Positions 9,304-19,052 of a stretch of 30,249 nucleotides of DNA are shown piece by piece. The position numbers were made by a program, and so were the translations under genes. How positions within the stretch are numbered: the first letter of the stretch is position 1; every line of letters begins with the position of its first letter. Source of the DNA: a virus (taxonomy: Duplodnaviria; Caudoviricetes). The stretch covers positions 1-30,249 of IMG/VR virus record IMGVR_UViG_3300032295_003049. One strand, written 5' to 3'. A model generated the notes under the pieces. The model saw only the letters and a list, made by a program, of their open reading frames with translations, was not told where the DNA came from and did no database searches.

Positions 9304-9335
9304 AAAGCCTTTGTGTAATGCAAAGGCTTTTTTTT
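9304..9335 (+). terminator. Rho-independent terminator
   Basis: AAAGCCTTTG-TGTAATG-CAAAGGCTTT followed by a T run. Confidence 0.85.
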
Positions 9336-9339
9336 ATTT

Positions 9340-9390
9340 AAAAACGGAACAAAGTTACACAACAAAATAAACACCTAAAAGTACTTTAGC
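9340..9390 (+). promoter_or_regulatory. Putative late promoter 2 (22-bp box + TAnnTTAG)
   Basis: AAAAACGGAACAAAGTTACACA at 9340-9361, 20-nt spacer, TACTTTAGC; immediately after a terminator. Confidence 0.7.
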
Positions 9391-9410
9391 TATACTAAAA
9401 AAGTAAAGCA

Positions 9411-11846
9411 ATGGCTGGAAGTTTAGCAAGTATTAACATTAAGTTTAGCGCTGATTTAAAGCAATTTAGCACGCAAATGCAAACTGCTACGCGTGATATT
9501 GCTAAACTTGGTGATAATTTTGCTAAGGTAGGTCAAGGCTTAACGGTTGGGTTAACTGCTCCTATACTTGGTTTAGGTGGATTAGCAGTTAAAACCGCTG
9601 CCGATTTTGAAACTTTACGTACTTCATTACTTTCTTCTTTTCAAGGAAATCAAGCCGCTGCTGATAGCGCATTCAAAAGTATAGAGCAATTTGCTACTAC
9701 TTCACCATATCAGGTAGAAGAAGTTTTAAACGCATTCATTAAACTTAAAAATTTAGGATTAGATCCATCTGAAGAAGCATTAACATCTTACGGTAATACG
9801 GCTAGTGCAATGGGGAAGAGCCTAGACCAAATGATTGAAGCGGTGGCTGATGCTTCTACAGGTGAATTTGAGCGTTTAAAAGAATTTGGAATCAAAGCGA
9901 AATCTGAAGGGGATAAAGTTTCTTTTACGTTCCAGGGCGTAACACAAACAGTTGGCAAAAATTCTCAGGAAATTCAAGATTATTTATTAAGCATCGGGAA
10001 TGTAAATTTTGCAGGTGCAATGGATAGACAATCTGAAACCTTTAAAGGTAGATTATCTTCTTTGCAAGATACGGTTGCTTCTTTTGGTGATTCTATAGGA
10101 ACTATTATTTTAGAATTCTTATCGCCAATGATTGATTCTTTACAAGAATTAGCGCAATGGTTTAAAAACTTATCACCTGAAACACAAAAAGTAATTGTAG
10201 TAGTTGCTGGATTAGCAGCGGCTATTGGTCCTTTATTATTAGGTATCGGTGGTTTAATGCAGTTAGTTCCGGTTGTGGTAGCTGGTTTTACAGCTATAAA
10301 AGCCTCTTTTACTTCTTTGACTGCTACTATGGCGGCTAATCCGTTTGGTGCTATAGCGGTGGCTTTGGGTGCTATTGTTTCGGTTGGAATTATTGCTACT
10401 TCTCGTTTTTCTGAATTAACAAACGCTACTGAAGAGTATGCTAAAATGAATAATACTGCATCGCAATCTATTGCAAAAGAAAAGGCAGAATTAGAAAAAA
10501 ACCTAGCAATTGCTAAAAATGAAAAAATAAGTAAAGAAGAAAGAAAAAAAGCAATTGCAAACTTAAACGCAATTTCGCCTGAATATCTTGGTAATCTTAC
10601 TTTAGAAACAATAAATACAAAAGCAGCAACTGATGCTGTAGATAAATATAATGTCGCTTTACTTACAAAAGCAAAAGTAATGGCGGCGCAAGAAAAACTT
10701 GTAGATGTTCAAAAGAAATTATTGGATTTACAATTAGGACAATTAGATGCTGTTAAACCTTCGGTATGGCAAAATTTAACTAACGCTGTTTTGTCTTATG
10801 GAAGTTCTGGTGCTATGGCGGCTAGGACTGCGCAAACAATGGCTGAAAATTTAGGAACAGAATATACTGAACTTACAAAACTTCAAAAACAATTAATTTC
10901 TTTTATTGGTGAAAATGATAAGTTTTCAGATTCTAATATTGTGGCTGCAAAATCAATTGATACAGTTGCTTCTGCTGCCGAAAAACTTCCTAAAGCTGGA
11001 ACTATTGCTTTTTACGAAAATGAAATTTCTAAACTTCAAAAACTTCAAAAGGAAAATGTTACAACGGCGGAAAGTTATTTCAAGCTTCAAAATAAAATTG
11101 ATGAATTTCAAAAGAAAATAGATGCCATTGCTTTAAAAGATATAGAGCCTATTAATATAGGTGCTATGAAATTAGAGCCATTAGATACAAAAGCATGGTT
11201 AGATAGTTGGGCGGCTGCGCAAGAAATAAGTTCAAATGCAACTTTAAGTATTAATGCAGATCAGACTGCAATGTTAGAAAATGCTACTGCATTTAATGAA
11301 GGTATTGCTTCTATTATGCAAAGTGTTGGTCAAAATTTTGCTATGGGATTTGGTGAAATGCTTGGTCAATCTATTGCGGGTGGTTTATCAATACAATCTG
11401 TTTGGACTTTGATGATAACATCTTTAGCAGATATGGCAATCCAGGTGGGAAAATTAGCAATTGGAATTGGTATTTCTGTAGGAGGAATTAAAAAAGCACT
11501 TACTTCATTAAATCCGGTTGTGGCAATTGCAGCGGGTATTGCTTTAGTTGCTTTAGGAACGTTAGCAAAATCTGCTTTATCCAATATAGCTAGTGGAGGT
11601 GGTGCTCCTGCCTTCGCTAATGGTGGTGTGGTTCCTGGAACTTCTTTATATGGTGATAAGATTTTAGCACGTGTGAATTCAGGGGAATTAATCTTAAACC
11701 AAAAACAACAAAGCAACCTTTGGGGTATGATGAATAGCGCGGGTGCTGCAACAAATATAAATTTAGAAGGCGGTTTTAGATTAGCTGGTTCTGACTTAGA
11801 ATTGGTTATCGAACGTGCCGTAAATAAAAATAGTAGAAAACGATAA
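9411..11846 (+). CDS. Tail tape measure protein
   Basis: 811 aa, Ala/Gly-rich helical; tape-measure domain (FATTSPYQVEEV, GEFERLKEFGI), ANP motifs, FANGG..GE C-terminus. Confidence 0.93.
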   Translation: MAGSLASINIKFSADLKQFSTQMQTATRDIAKLGDNFAKVGQGLTVGLTAPILGLGGLAVKTAADFETLRTSLLSSFQGNQAAADSAFKSIEQFATTSPYQVEEVLNAFIKLKNLGLDPSEEALTSYGNTASAMGKSLDQMIEAVADASTGEFERLKEFGIKAKSEGDKVSFTFQGVTQTVGKNSQEIQDYLLSIGNVNFAGAMDRQSETFKGRLSSLQDTVASFGDSIGTIILEFLSPMIDSLQELAQWFKNLSPETQKVIVVVAGLAAAIGPLLLGIGGLMQLVPVVVAGFTAIKASFTSLTATMAANPFGAIAVALGAIVSVGIIATSRFSELTNATEEYAKMNNTASQSIAKEKAELEKNLAIAKNEKISKEERKKAIANLNAISPEYLGNLTLETINTKAATDAVDKYNVALLTKAKVMAAQEKLVDVQKKLLDLQLGQLDAVKPSVWQNLTNAVLSYGSSGAMAARTAQTMAENLGTEYTELTKLQKQLISFIGENDKFSDSNIVAAKSIDTVASAAEKLPKAGTIAFYENEISKLQKLQKENVTTAESYFKLQNKIDEFQKKIDAIALKDIEPINIGAMKLEPLDTKAWLDSWAAAQEISSNATLSINADQTAMLENATAFNEGIASIMQSVGQNFAMGFGEMLGQSIAGGLSIQSVWTLMITSLADMAIQVGKLAIGIGISVGGIKKALTSLNPVVAIAAGIALVALGTLAKSALSNIASGGGAPAFANGGVVPGTSLYGDKILARVNSGELILNQKQQSNLWGMMNSAGAATNINLEGGFRLAGSDLELVIERAVNKNSRKR

Positions 11847-14194
11847 TGAATATTACCAATATCATAGTAAAAATTATAGATAAGTTCGAGAATGATCGTA
11901 ACTTAATTGAAGAGTTTACAGCTGTAGGCGCTCCAAAACTTATCTATAATGGTGCGGATGATAAATACCAGCCTATTATGGCTTCGGAATTTCAGTTTAA
12001 CCTTATGGTGAACGATAAAACCGATGGTAAATTCTTTCACTTATATACAGGAAATGAAAAACGTTATTTAGTAACGGTAGAGGATCAAGATAATAACTTA
12101 TTATTTGAAGGTTTTCTTCTTCCTGATTTCTATTCGGAGCCATACGATAACGGCGTTATTTTTGTCGATTTAACGGCTACTGATGGTATTGGATTACTAA
12201 AAGGTAATTACTTGCCAAATAGCTACTACAAACAAGAAACATCTGTAATTAAATTAATTGCAGAATGTTTACGTTTTACAAAATTAGATAAAAACATCGT
12301 GTTTGCTCCAGCAATAGAATCGGCTTTAACGGATTACCGTTGGGATGAAATTGCAGTAAATGGTGCAACGTATTTAGATGGTGAAATTGAAGTGCTTTTC
12401 TTAGTGGGTGAAGTAATGCCTAAACGAAAAAACGCTTATGAAATCCTTGAATTATTATTAAATAGTTTAGGATGTACTTTGTATGGTCAAGGTAATATAT
12501 GGTTTATTGAAGGAATCAATCGTAAGCATCAAGAAAGCCAATTTGTATATAATTATACAACAAATGGTGTATATATTTCTTCAGAAACACTAACTAAAAA
12601 CGTTATGGATTTGGTATTTTTTAAAACACCAACCGTATCAATAGTTTCACCATGGAAAACAGTTGAAATAGATTGGAATTGTGATGAAGATGGAAATTTA
12701 ATTCCTGATTATGCCATTCAAGATAATACAACAGGTAATTCTATTTTGTTTGCTGCGCCAAAAGATATGTTTTCTTTTTGGAAAACAAATGGTTTGTTAA
12801 ATTTTAGTTCAATTAATAGAGAATCTAAATTACGTTATATTTTAACGTCATATTTAGGACTTTCTTTTGTTGAAGGTTTTGTAAAACCATTGCATCTAGA
12901 AGTCATAAAAATTTTAAATTACGGAACAAGTCCTGCAAAGGCTGAAAATGAAACAGATTATGTTAATAATTATTTTTCAATTTTAAAGCGTAAATATTTA
13001 AAAATTTCAGATGAATATATTGATAGATCTATTGATTATAAAATTAATTTAGAATCAATATCAAGATATACAAGTGCTGGTGTTCCGGTAATAAACTCAA
13101 TTGATGAAAAAGAGTTTTCAAGGTCTTATAAATATGATTTATTATGTGGATCTAATATAATAGTTTCTTCTAAGTTGCCTGAATCAGATGAAAAAAACAA
13201 TCGTTTAACTTGTAAAAAAGTTACTGTTTCTTCAGATTATAACAGTTTAATTACAGTAGGTGATTATTATACTTCTAAACCCGAAACTGTTTCTGGTGAT
13301 TTAGAATTAAAAGATTTGACTTATCCTCAAAATGGTTTTTTTGATTTTAAACTACATGCGCCTTTATCTGCTGATTATACGCAACCTTGGTTTTATAGTT
13401 ATGTGGTTAAAAGCTTATCAGTTAAAATAACTGAATTAAAAACATGGGAAGATTTATTTACTAGAAATATTGATTTTTCTAACACAACAAGTGTTTCAAT
13501 ATTTCATGGTGATTCAATTGCTGATTTAACAGAAAAACAATGGCGTTTTAGACGGCCTATTTATGGCACGGCTGGTGGTTATGGTGTGGTAGCTGTTTTA
13601 TCGTATGAAAATCTATTTCCATTGCAACCTTGGTTTTATCATTATTTTATTAGTTATGAATCCTTTGTAGCTATTGCTGCTAATCCTGAATTGTTTTATG
13701 TAACGTTTGATGGTAATGATATTTTAATGAATGATTTGGCTAGCGGTTCTACTGAAGCTTGGAGTTTAACTGCGGCTTTCGGTGGTAGTTATTTTTTACA
13801 AATCAATTCACAATTACTAGATCATCCTTCAGGAATTGGAGTTAATATAACTGATTTTTTAAACTTATCAGTTGGTGAATCTGAACAATATATAATTGCA
13901 TATGAAACCGAAGATAACGAATGGCGTGAAAGCTGGAAACGTTTCGGACAAACAGAAAATATTCGATATGGTATAGCGATGGCTAAAATGTACCATGATG
14001 TGCAACCTGAAGCATTAGTAAAAGTAGAAGGCAGTGCAATAGGTTGTTTATTTCCTAGAGAAATTGGGCGTTTTTTATGGCGTGATATTAAAAAATTTAT
14101 TCCGACTAGAATTACTATTGATTTTACCAAAGGAAGAAGTGAAGTTTTGTTGTTAGAAAATTTACACCAAATAGTTTCAGATTATGTCGATTAA
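11846..14194 (+). CDS. Tail tip / baseplate hub protein
   Basis: 782 aa, beta-rich, directly after the tape measure; LTATDGIGLLK motif. Confidence 0.7.
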   Translation: MNITNIIVKIIDKFENDRNLIEEFTAVGAPKLIYNGADDKYQPIMASEFQFNLMVNDKTDGKFFHLYTGNEKRYLVTVEDQDNNLLFEGFLLPDFYSEPYDNGVIFVDLTATDGIGLLKGNYLPNSYYKQETSVIKLIAECLRFTKLDKNIVFAPAIESALTDYRWDEIAVNGATYLDGEIEVLFLVGEVMPKRKNAYEILELLLNSLGCTLYGQGNIWFIEGINRKHQESQFVYNYTTNGVYISSETLTKNVMDLVFFKTPTVSIVSPWKTVEIDWNCDEDGNLIPDYAIQDNTTGNSILFAAPKDMFSFWKTNGLLNFSSINRESKLRYILTSYLGLSFVEGFVKPLHLEVIKILNYGTSPAKAENETDYVNNYFSILKRKYLKISDEYIDRSIDYKINLESISRYTSAGVPVINSIDEKEFSRSYKYDLLCGSNIIVSSKLPESDEKNNRLTCKKVTVSSDYNSLITVGDYYTSKPETVSGDLELKDLTYPQNGFFDFKLHAPLSADYTQPWFYSYVVKSLSVKITELKTWEDLFTRNIDFSNTTSVSIFHGDSIADLTEKQWRFRRPIYGTAGGYGVVAVLSYENLFPLQPWFYHYFISYESFVAIAANPELFYVTFDGNDILMNDLASGSTEAWSLTAAFGGSYFLQINSQLLDHPSGIGVNITDFLNLSVGESEQYIIAYETEDNEWRESWKRFGQTENIRYGIAMAKMYHDVQPEALVKVEGSAIGCLFPREIGRFLWRDIKKFIPTRITIDFTKGRSEVLLLENLHQIVSDYVD

Positions 14195-14300
14195 CAATAC
14201 CATACATGTAATTTTTGTAAAAGTGCCGCAGTACATTACTACTGTAGTATATCGAATATATTGTTTTGCTGATTATTGTGAAGATGATTATTGTGATTAA
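14184..14300 (+). CDS. Small tail-associated peptide (38 aa, not in ORF track)
   Basis: MSINNTIHVIFVKVPQYITTVVYRIYCFADYCEDDYCD fills the gap between two tail genes. Confidence 0.5.
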   Translation: MSINNTIHVIFVKVPQYITTVVYRIYCFADYCEDDYCD

Positions 14301-14312
14301 AAAAGAAAAGAA

Positions 14313-14936
14313 ATGGCAATTAAACCAATTGGAAAAATAGTTTTATACGAACCTTTAAACCAGGATAAAATAGATGCGCTTTTAGCGGGTACTGATACTA
14401 TTTTATTAGAAGTTGAAAGAAGATATGTTTTAGCGGATGTACCTGAATTATTGAGTGCGGTTTTGCCTACTCAGTTTGAAGATATGACTATCGATTATAT
14501 TTTGGCTTTAAAACGTTTTGTAGATGCAGCTTCTTTTATTCATGAAGAAAATGCTATGATGTGGGTGGTAAATTACAATGCAATTGATAAAGAATTCAAT
14601 TTAACTACATCTTATATCAGGGATGAAAGAGATACTTCAGGAAAAATGTCAAGTATTCCAACAAATCAATTGTTACAAGCTGTTTTTATGACACCTGGGT
14701 TAAGTGGTCCGGTTCGTACTACAATTGATTTGCCATATAATGGAACTATTTCTTCTACTGATAGAGCTGCTTTGTTAGCAGTTGGAATCGAATTGGATTT
14801 GTCTATTACCGGTGCATTATTTTCGGTAAAAACACAATTAGTACCTTATCAAGTTTCTTTTTATCAGCCTTCTAGTGTGGTAACAGAAAAATATAATATT
14901 CAGTTTAATTATCAAAATCAAACTATTGAAATATGA
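14313..14936 (+). CDS. Putative tail protein
   Basis: 207 aa in the tail module, coupled to the fibre gene. Confidence 0.6.
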   Translation: MAIKPIGKIVLYEPLNQDKIDALLAGTDTILLEVERRYVLADVPELLSAVLPTQFEDMTIDYILALKRFVDAASFIHEENAMMWVVNYNAIDKEFNLTTSYIRDERDTSGKMSSIPTNQLLQAVFMTPGLSGPVRTTIDLPYNGTISSTDRAALLAVGIELDLSITGALFSVKTQLVPYQVSFYQPSSVVTEKYNIQFNYQNQTIEI

Positions 14937-16204
14937 GTATAGTTTATAGAAGTACCAAAGGATCTAAGTTAACATCTAATGAAGTAGATGGTAACTTTCA
15001 ATATCTTGAAAATTTAATTGGTGGAAATGGCAATGTTTTAGTAACTCAAACTGGTTTTACATTAGTTGGTCAAAATTTAACAATCGCTTCGGGTTGGGTT
15101 TGGAAAATATTGAATAATACATACACTAATGCTTCAAGTGTGGTGGTTAGTATTCCTTTTGCATCTACCGGAAAAACACGAATTGATTTAGTAGTAGCAA
15201 ATCAAAGTAATACTTTTGTTAGAGTGGCTGGTGTAGAAAGTACTTCTAATCCGGTGGCACCTTCTTTGCCTTCCAATACTATTTTGGTAACTTTTTATGA
15301 AGTTACAGATGGTGTAGTTTTAACACCTACGGAACCAATAATTGGAAGTGCCTTTAAAAAGAAATCCGAAGCATTAGGTTATGGTGATCCTGATTTATCA
15401 GGCACAAATGCAGTCATTCAATTACGCCCTGAAGGGAACAGTCGTTATGCTTTTTCTAATGCTAGTTTAATATCAATTGATGGTTTTGGATTGTCTTTAA
15501 TTACAGGTAATCCCGATGCAGAAACACCTTATGATGGAAAAGATTTATTCATTGAAAATACAGGCACCACACCGTTTACTTTACTGCATGATGGACCAGG
15601 AACAGCTTCTTCTAAATTTTTCTTTACAGATGAACAAAACCTAACAATTCCAGCAGGTGAAAAAGTTTGGTTAAAATATGGTTCCACTACTAGTGAACTA
15701 ATTTTTAAGAGTTGGCAAAATGAATCTGAAAGTGGTTATAAAGTAATTGCGTCAAATTTCAATAATAGTTCAATAGTTACAGGAACAACTTCGCCAACAA
15801 TAATTGAAACATACACAATTCCTGCAAATACATTTACTGCAGGTGATAGAATAATTTTCACATGTAGGATATTTAAACTAGTATCAACAGGACAAACACA
15901 ACATTCACATTTTATTGGTTCTGGAATAGAAGGTGCCTTTGGGATTTTTAACTCAGGAACAGGATATACATATTCTCAAATAAAAAAAGATTTTACTATT
16001 AAAAGTTCTAGTATTACACAGGGTATTGGTTTGAATGTTAATACTAATACTTCTGATGTAAATCAAAATGTAGGTGGTGTGAATAATATTAATAAAAATA
16101 TAAATTGGTCAATAGCTCAACCACTTCAAATTAGAATAGTAAACGAACTTTCAACAGACCAGTCTTATGTATCGTTTTGGGAACTTTCAAGAATTAGACC
16201 TTAA
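14933..16204 (+). CDS. Tail fibre / receptor-binding protein 1
   Basis: N-terminal RSTKGSKLTSNEVDGNF fibre anchor motif, TRIDLVV...PVAP domain, Ser/Thr-rich C-terminal tip. Confidence 0.75.
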   Translation: MSIVYRSTKGSKLTSNEVDGNFQYLENLIGGNGNVLVTQTGFTLVGQNLTIASGWVWKILNNTYTNASSVVVSIPFASTGKTRIDLVVANQSNTFVRVAGVESTSNPVAPSLPSNTILVTFYEVTDGVVLTPTEPIIGSAFKKKSEALGYGDPDLSGTNAVIQLRPEGNSRYAFSNASLISIDGFGLSLITGNPDAETPYDGKDLFIENTGTTPFTLLHDGPGTASSKFFFTDEQNLTIPAGEKVWLKYGSTTSELIFKSWQNESESGYKVIASNFNNSSIVTGTTSPTIIETYTIPANTFTAGDRIIFTCRIFKLVSTGQTQHSHFIGSGIEGAFGIFNSGTGYTYSQIKKDFTIKSSSITQGIGLNVNTNTSDVNQNVGGVNNINKNINWSIAQPLQIRIVNELSTDQSYVSFWELSRIRP

Positions 16205-16207
16205 ATT

Positions 16208-16561
16208 ATGAAAACATTATACCACTTATACAATGAAAATTTTGAGATTACAAACGCTCAATTTTTTGAAGAAGGGCAACAGCCTGAAAATGCAGTATTT
16301 GTTGAACAAACTATTGATTTTGTTAAGCCAAAATATAATCCAATAACAAATGAAGTTTTTGAAGCTGCTACAACAGAAGAAATAGAACAGAAAAAACAAA
16401 TTGAAATTGAAAAATTAAAAGCAATGCAATTTGAAGAATTATCAACAACAGATTGGTATGTGATTAGAAAAATGGATACAGGAATAGATATTCCGCTTGA
16501 AATTATCAATCAAAGAGTAGCGATTAGAGAAAAATATGATTTATTAATTTCTGAATTATAA
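16208..16561 (+). CDS. Tail fibre assembly chaperone
   Basis: FVKPKYN..FEAATTEEI and LSTTDWYVIRKMDTGIDIP..RVAIRE motifs. Confidence 0.75.
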   Translation: MKTLYHLYNENFEITNAQFFEEGQQPENAVFVEQTIDFVKPKYNPITNEVFEAATTEEIEQKKQIEIEKLKAMQFEELSTTDWYVIRKMDTGIDIPLEIINQRVAIREKYDLLISEL

Positions 16562-16564
16562 AAA

Positions 16565-16897
16565 ATGGCTTTAGATTTTAAACATAAAAAAGGCGACACT
16601 TTTGAAGCTGTCAACTTTGAAGTAAAAATAAATTATACACCTTTAGATTTTACAGGCGGTGTTATTCGTATGCAATTACGCAAAGAGTATGGTGGATTGG
16701 TTGCATTGTCTTTGACTTCTGTTGCTAATGCTGGTATAACTATTACCGATGCTGTAAATGGCTTATTTAAAATAAATCAACAAATTATTGATATAGCTGC
16801 TTTTAATTATATCTATGATATTGAGTTTGATTATGATGGTTTGGTAAAGACCTATGTTGATGGAAAATTTATAATAACTAATGATGTAACAAGATGA
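16565..16897 (+). CDS. BppU-N-like baseplate/fibre adaptor
   Basis: KKGDTF...PLDFTG..IRMQLR...YIYDIE...TYVDG pattern. Confidence 0.7.
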   Translation: MALDFKHKKGDTFEAVNFEVKINYTPLDFTGGVIRMQLRKEYGGLVALSLTSVANAGITITDAVNGLFKINQQIIDIAAFNYIYDIEFDYDGLVKTYVDGKFIITNDVTR

Positions 16898-17847
16898 GTG
16901 ATGTAATTAATATTAATGTTGCGGAAGTATCTGAAGAAGTTGCTATAAATGTTACTCCTAACGTTATTGAAGTCAACATATCGCAAAGTTCAGGAAGTAT
17001 TGGTGCAGTTGATAGTGTAAACGGACAAACAGGAATAGTTCTGTTAGATAAAACAAACATAGGTTTAGGAAATGTTGATAACACTTCCGATTTAAATAAG
17101 CCTATTTCAACAGCTACGCAATCGGCTTTAAATTTGAAATTAGAAAGTTCAAATTTTACAAAAGCTGGTATTGGTTTAGGAAATGTTGATAATACTTCCG
17201 ATTTAAATAAACCTATTTCAACAGCTACGCAATCGGCTTTAAATTTGAAATTAGAAAGTTCAAATTTTACAAAAGCTGGTATTGGTTTAGGAAATGTTGA
17301 TAACACTTCCGATTTAAATAAACCTATTTCAACAGCTACGCAATCGGCTTTAAATTTGAAAGCTAATATAAGTGATTTAGATAATGGGAAATTTAATTTT
17401 ATATTAAGCACGCCCGTAACTTATACAGGATCACTTCAAGAAGTTGAAGTTTTAAGACTTGAAATACCGCCGTATACCTTTTCTGAAAATGATATGTTGA
17501 AAATGCCGACTTTATTGGTTCAAAAAGTAGGTATAGTCAATGGTTATACAATTAGGGTTAAATTATCAACGTCGCCAACTATGCCCGCGTTGGCAGTCGA
17601 TTTGATTGCGCAATACAACCCGCCGTCATCGACTACAAATGTAAATATGTCGCGAACTTGGTTTTTAAGTGGTGGAATTTTGCGAGGTCTTGGAACATCA
17701 AATACGATAGTCGATTCGATTCCGTCAACGGCGCAATTGAACGTCCCTTTTAACAATGCTGTTACAAATTATTTGTATATAAGTATTGACAGCGCAGGTA
17801 TTCAAGACACGCAAACATTAGTAGGTTTTCAATTAACAAATAGATAA
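16894..17847 (+). CDS. Tail fibre / receptor-binding protein 2 with phage tail repeats
   Basis: VDSVNGQTG motif and three GLGNVDNTSDLNKPISTATQ repeats, C-terminal tip domain. Confidence 0.8.
   Translation: MSDVININVAEVSEEVAINVTPNVIEVNISQSSGSIGAVDSVNGQTGIVLLDKTNIGLGNVDNTSDLNKPISTATQSALNLKLESSNFTKAGIGLGNVDNTSDLNKPISTATQSALNLKLESSNFTKAGIGLGNVDNTSDLNKPISTATQSALNLKANISDLDNGKFNFILSTPVTYTGSLQEVEVLRLEIPPYTFSENDMLKMPTLLVQKVGIVNGYTIRVKLSTSPTMPALAVDLIAQYNPPSSTTNVNMSRTWFLSGGILRGLGTSNTIVDSIPSTAQLNVPFNNAVTNYLYISIDSAGIQDTQTLVGFQLTNR
17062..17361 (+). repeat. Tandem 111-bp (37 aa) repeat, about 2.7 copies
   Basis: Units start at 17062, 17173 and 17284 and are nearly identical in nucleotide sequence. Confidence 0.95.
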
Positions 17848-17858
17848 AATATAAAACA

Positions 17859-18029
17859 ATGTTAAAAACGGTTATTGATAAAAACACAGGCAAAGAATTG
17901 CGCGCGCAATTTCACGATTTAACACAAGAAAACGAAATGTTAATCGACGCTTTAAGGACGGAAGATCTAGAGAACCCATATTGGGATTTCGAACAAGAAA
18001 AATTTTACAATAAAGAAATAAACAATTAA
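17859..18029 (+). CDS. Short fibre chaperone-like protein (56 aa, not in ORF track)
   Basis: MLKTVIDKNTGKELRAQF...ENPYWDFEQEKFY resembles the N-half of 16208..16561. Confidence 0.6.
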   Translation: MLKTVIDKNTGKELRAQFHDLTQENEMLIDALRTEDLENPYWDFEQEKFYNKEINN

Positions 18030-18052
18030 ATTATTAACCTAAAAATACAATT

Positions 18053-18280
18053 ATGTCCCTAAATCAAAGAAGAAATATTGCGCAATGGTTCTTGCTGTTA
18101 GCAGGAATTGCGTTAATCACAATGCAAGCAACAAAGTATTGGAACGGTACTTTAGAACTTAAAATTGAAGAAGGAATTGTTACTCTTTTTGCCGTAACAC
18201 TTTCTTTAGCTCCTAAATTAATTTTAGAAAGCGTTGAAAAATATATTAACTCGAAATATGGAAAACAAAATGAGTCATAA
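18053..18280 (+). CDS. Putative holin/antiholin (two TM segments)
   Basis: Two hydrophobic helices, charged C-tail, upstream of the endolysin. Confidence 0.6.
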   Translation: MSLNQRRNIAQWFLLLAGIALITMQATKYWNGTLELKIEEGIVTLFAVTLSLAPKLILESVEKYINSKYGKQNES

Positions 18281-18434
18281 AATAGAACTATTCGCAATGA
18301 TAACAGGCGCGCTAGCTTCTACCTTTGTTAGTGACATGATGCAGAAAATTGTTATAACTACAGTTGCTATGGTTATAGGAACAACAGTAGCTTATTATTG
18401 GAGAAAATTTTTAGATAATAATAAAAATAAGTAG
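18270..18434 (+). CDS. Putative holin
   Basis: ATG at 18270 (or 18258); hydrophobic with a basic C-tail; directly before the endolysin. Confidence 0.6.
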   Translation: MSHKIELFAMITGALASTFVSDMMQKIVITTVAMVIGTTVAYYWRKFLDNNKNK

Positions 18435-18435
18435 A

Positions 18436-19050
18436 ATGAGCGATTTCATTAAAAATTGGCAAAAAGCAAACGGACTTTTAGATGATGGAATCATTGGTAA
18501 AAAAACCTTGCTTAAAATGAAAGAAGTTTTTCGAATTCCTACAAATGAAGCAGTAGCACATTTTGTGGGAAACACGCACCACGAAACAGGAGGGTTTATT
18601 CGTTTTGAAGAAAACTTAAATTACAGTTCTCGTGGTTTGTTGCAAACTTTTCCAAAGTATTTTAAAACATTAGCAGAAGCAAACGAAGCGGCAAGAAAAC
18701 CGCAAAAGATTGCAAATGTTGTTTATGGTGGCAGAATGGGAAACGACACCTTAAATGATGGTTGGAAATTTAGAGGTCGTGGTGCTTTGCAAACTACCGG
18801 TAAAAACAATTATCGATTATTAGGTGATTTCTTAGGAATCAATTTAGTTGCTGATCCAAATCAAGTTGCTACAAAATATGTTATAGAATCGGCAGTATTT
18901 TATTTTGAAAGCAATAAGCTTTGGAATATGTGTTCAACAGTTACAGATGCTTCCATTCGTAAAGTTAGAAAAGCAGTAAACGGTGGTTCTATTGGTTTGG
19001 AAGATGCCAGCGAAAAAGTGAAAATGTATTATAAAATACTAAAATCGTAG
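18436..19050 (+). CDS. Endolysin, glycoside hydrolase family 19 with N-terminal PG-binding-like motif
   Basis: WQKANGLLDDGIIG; HETGGF..FEENLNYS; DGWKFRGRGALQTTGKNNY; VNGG.IGL. Confidence 0.92.
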   Translation: MSDFIKNWQKANGLLDDGIIGKKTLLKMKEVFRIPTNEAVAHFVGNTHHETGGFIRFEENLNYSSRGLLQTFPKYFKTLAEANEAARKPQKIANVVYGGRMGNDTLNDGWKFRGRGALQTTGKNNYRLLGDFLGINLVADPNQVATKYVIESAVFYFESNKLWNMCSTVTDASIRKVRKAVNGGSIGLEDASEKVKMYYKILKS

Positions 19051-19052
19051 AA

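Noticed and set aside
17062-17361. CRISPR array or DGR template/variable repeat
   Set aside because: In-frame 111-bp coding repeats with no unique spacers, no adenine-specific variation and no reverse transcriptase in the genome
17896-17911. Perfect 16-bp palindrome AATTGCGCGCGCAATT
   Set aside because: Single occurrence inside a coding region with no loop or T-tract; no supporting context
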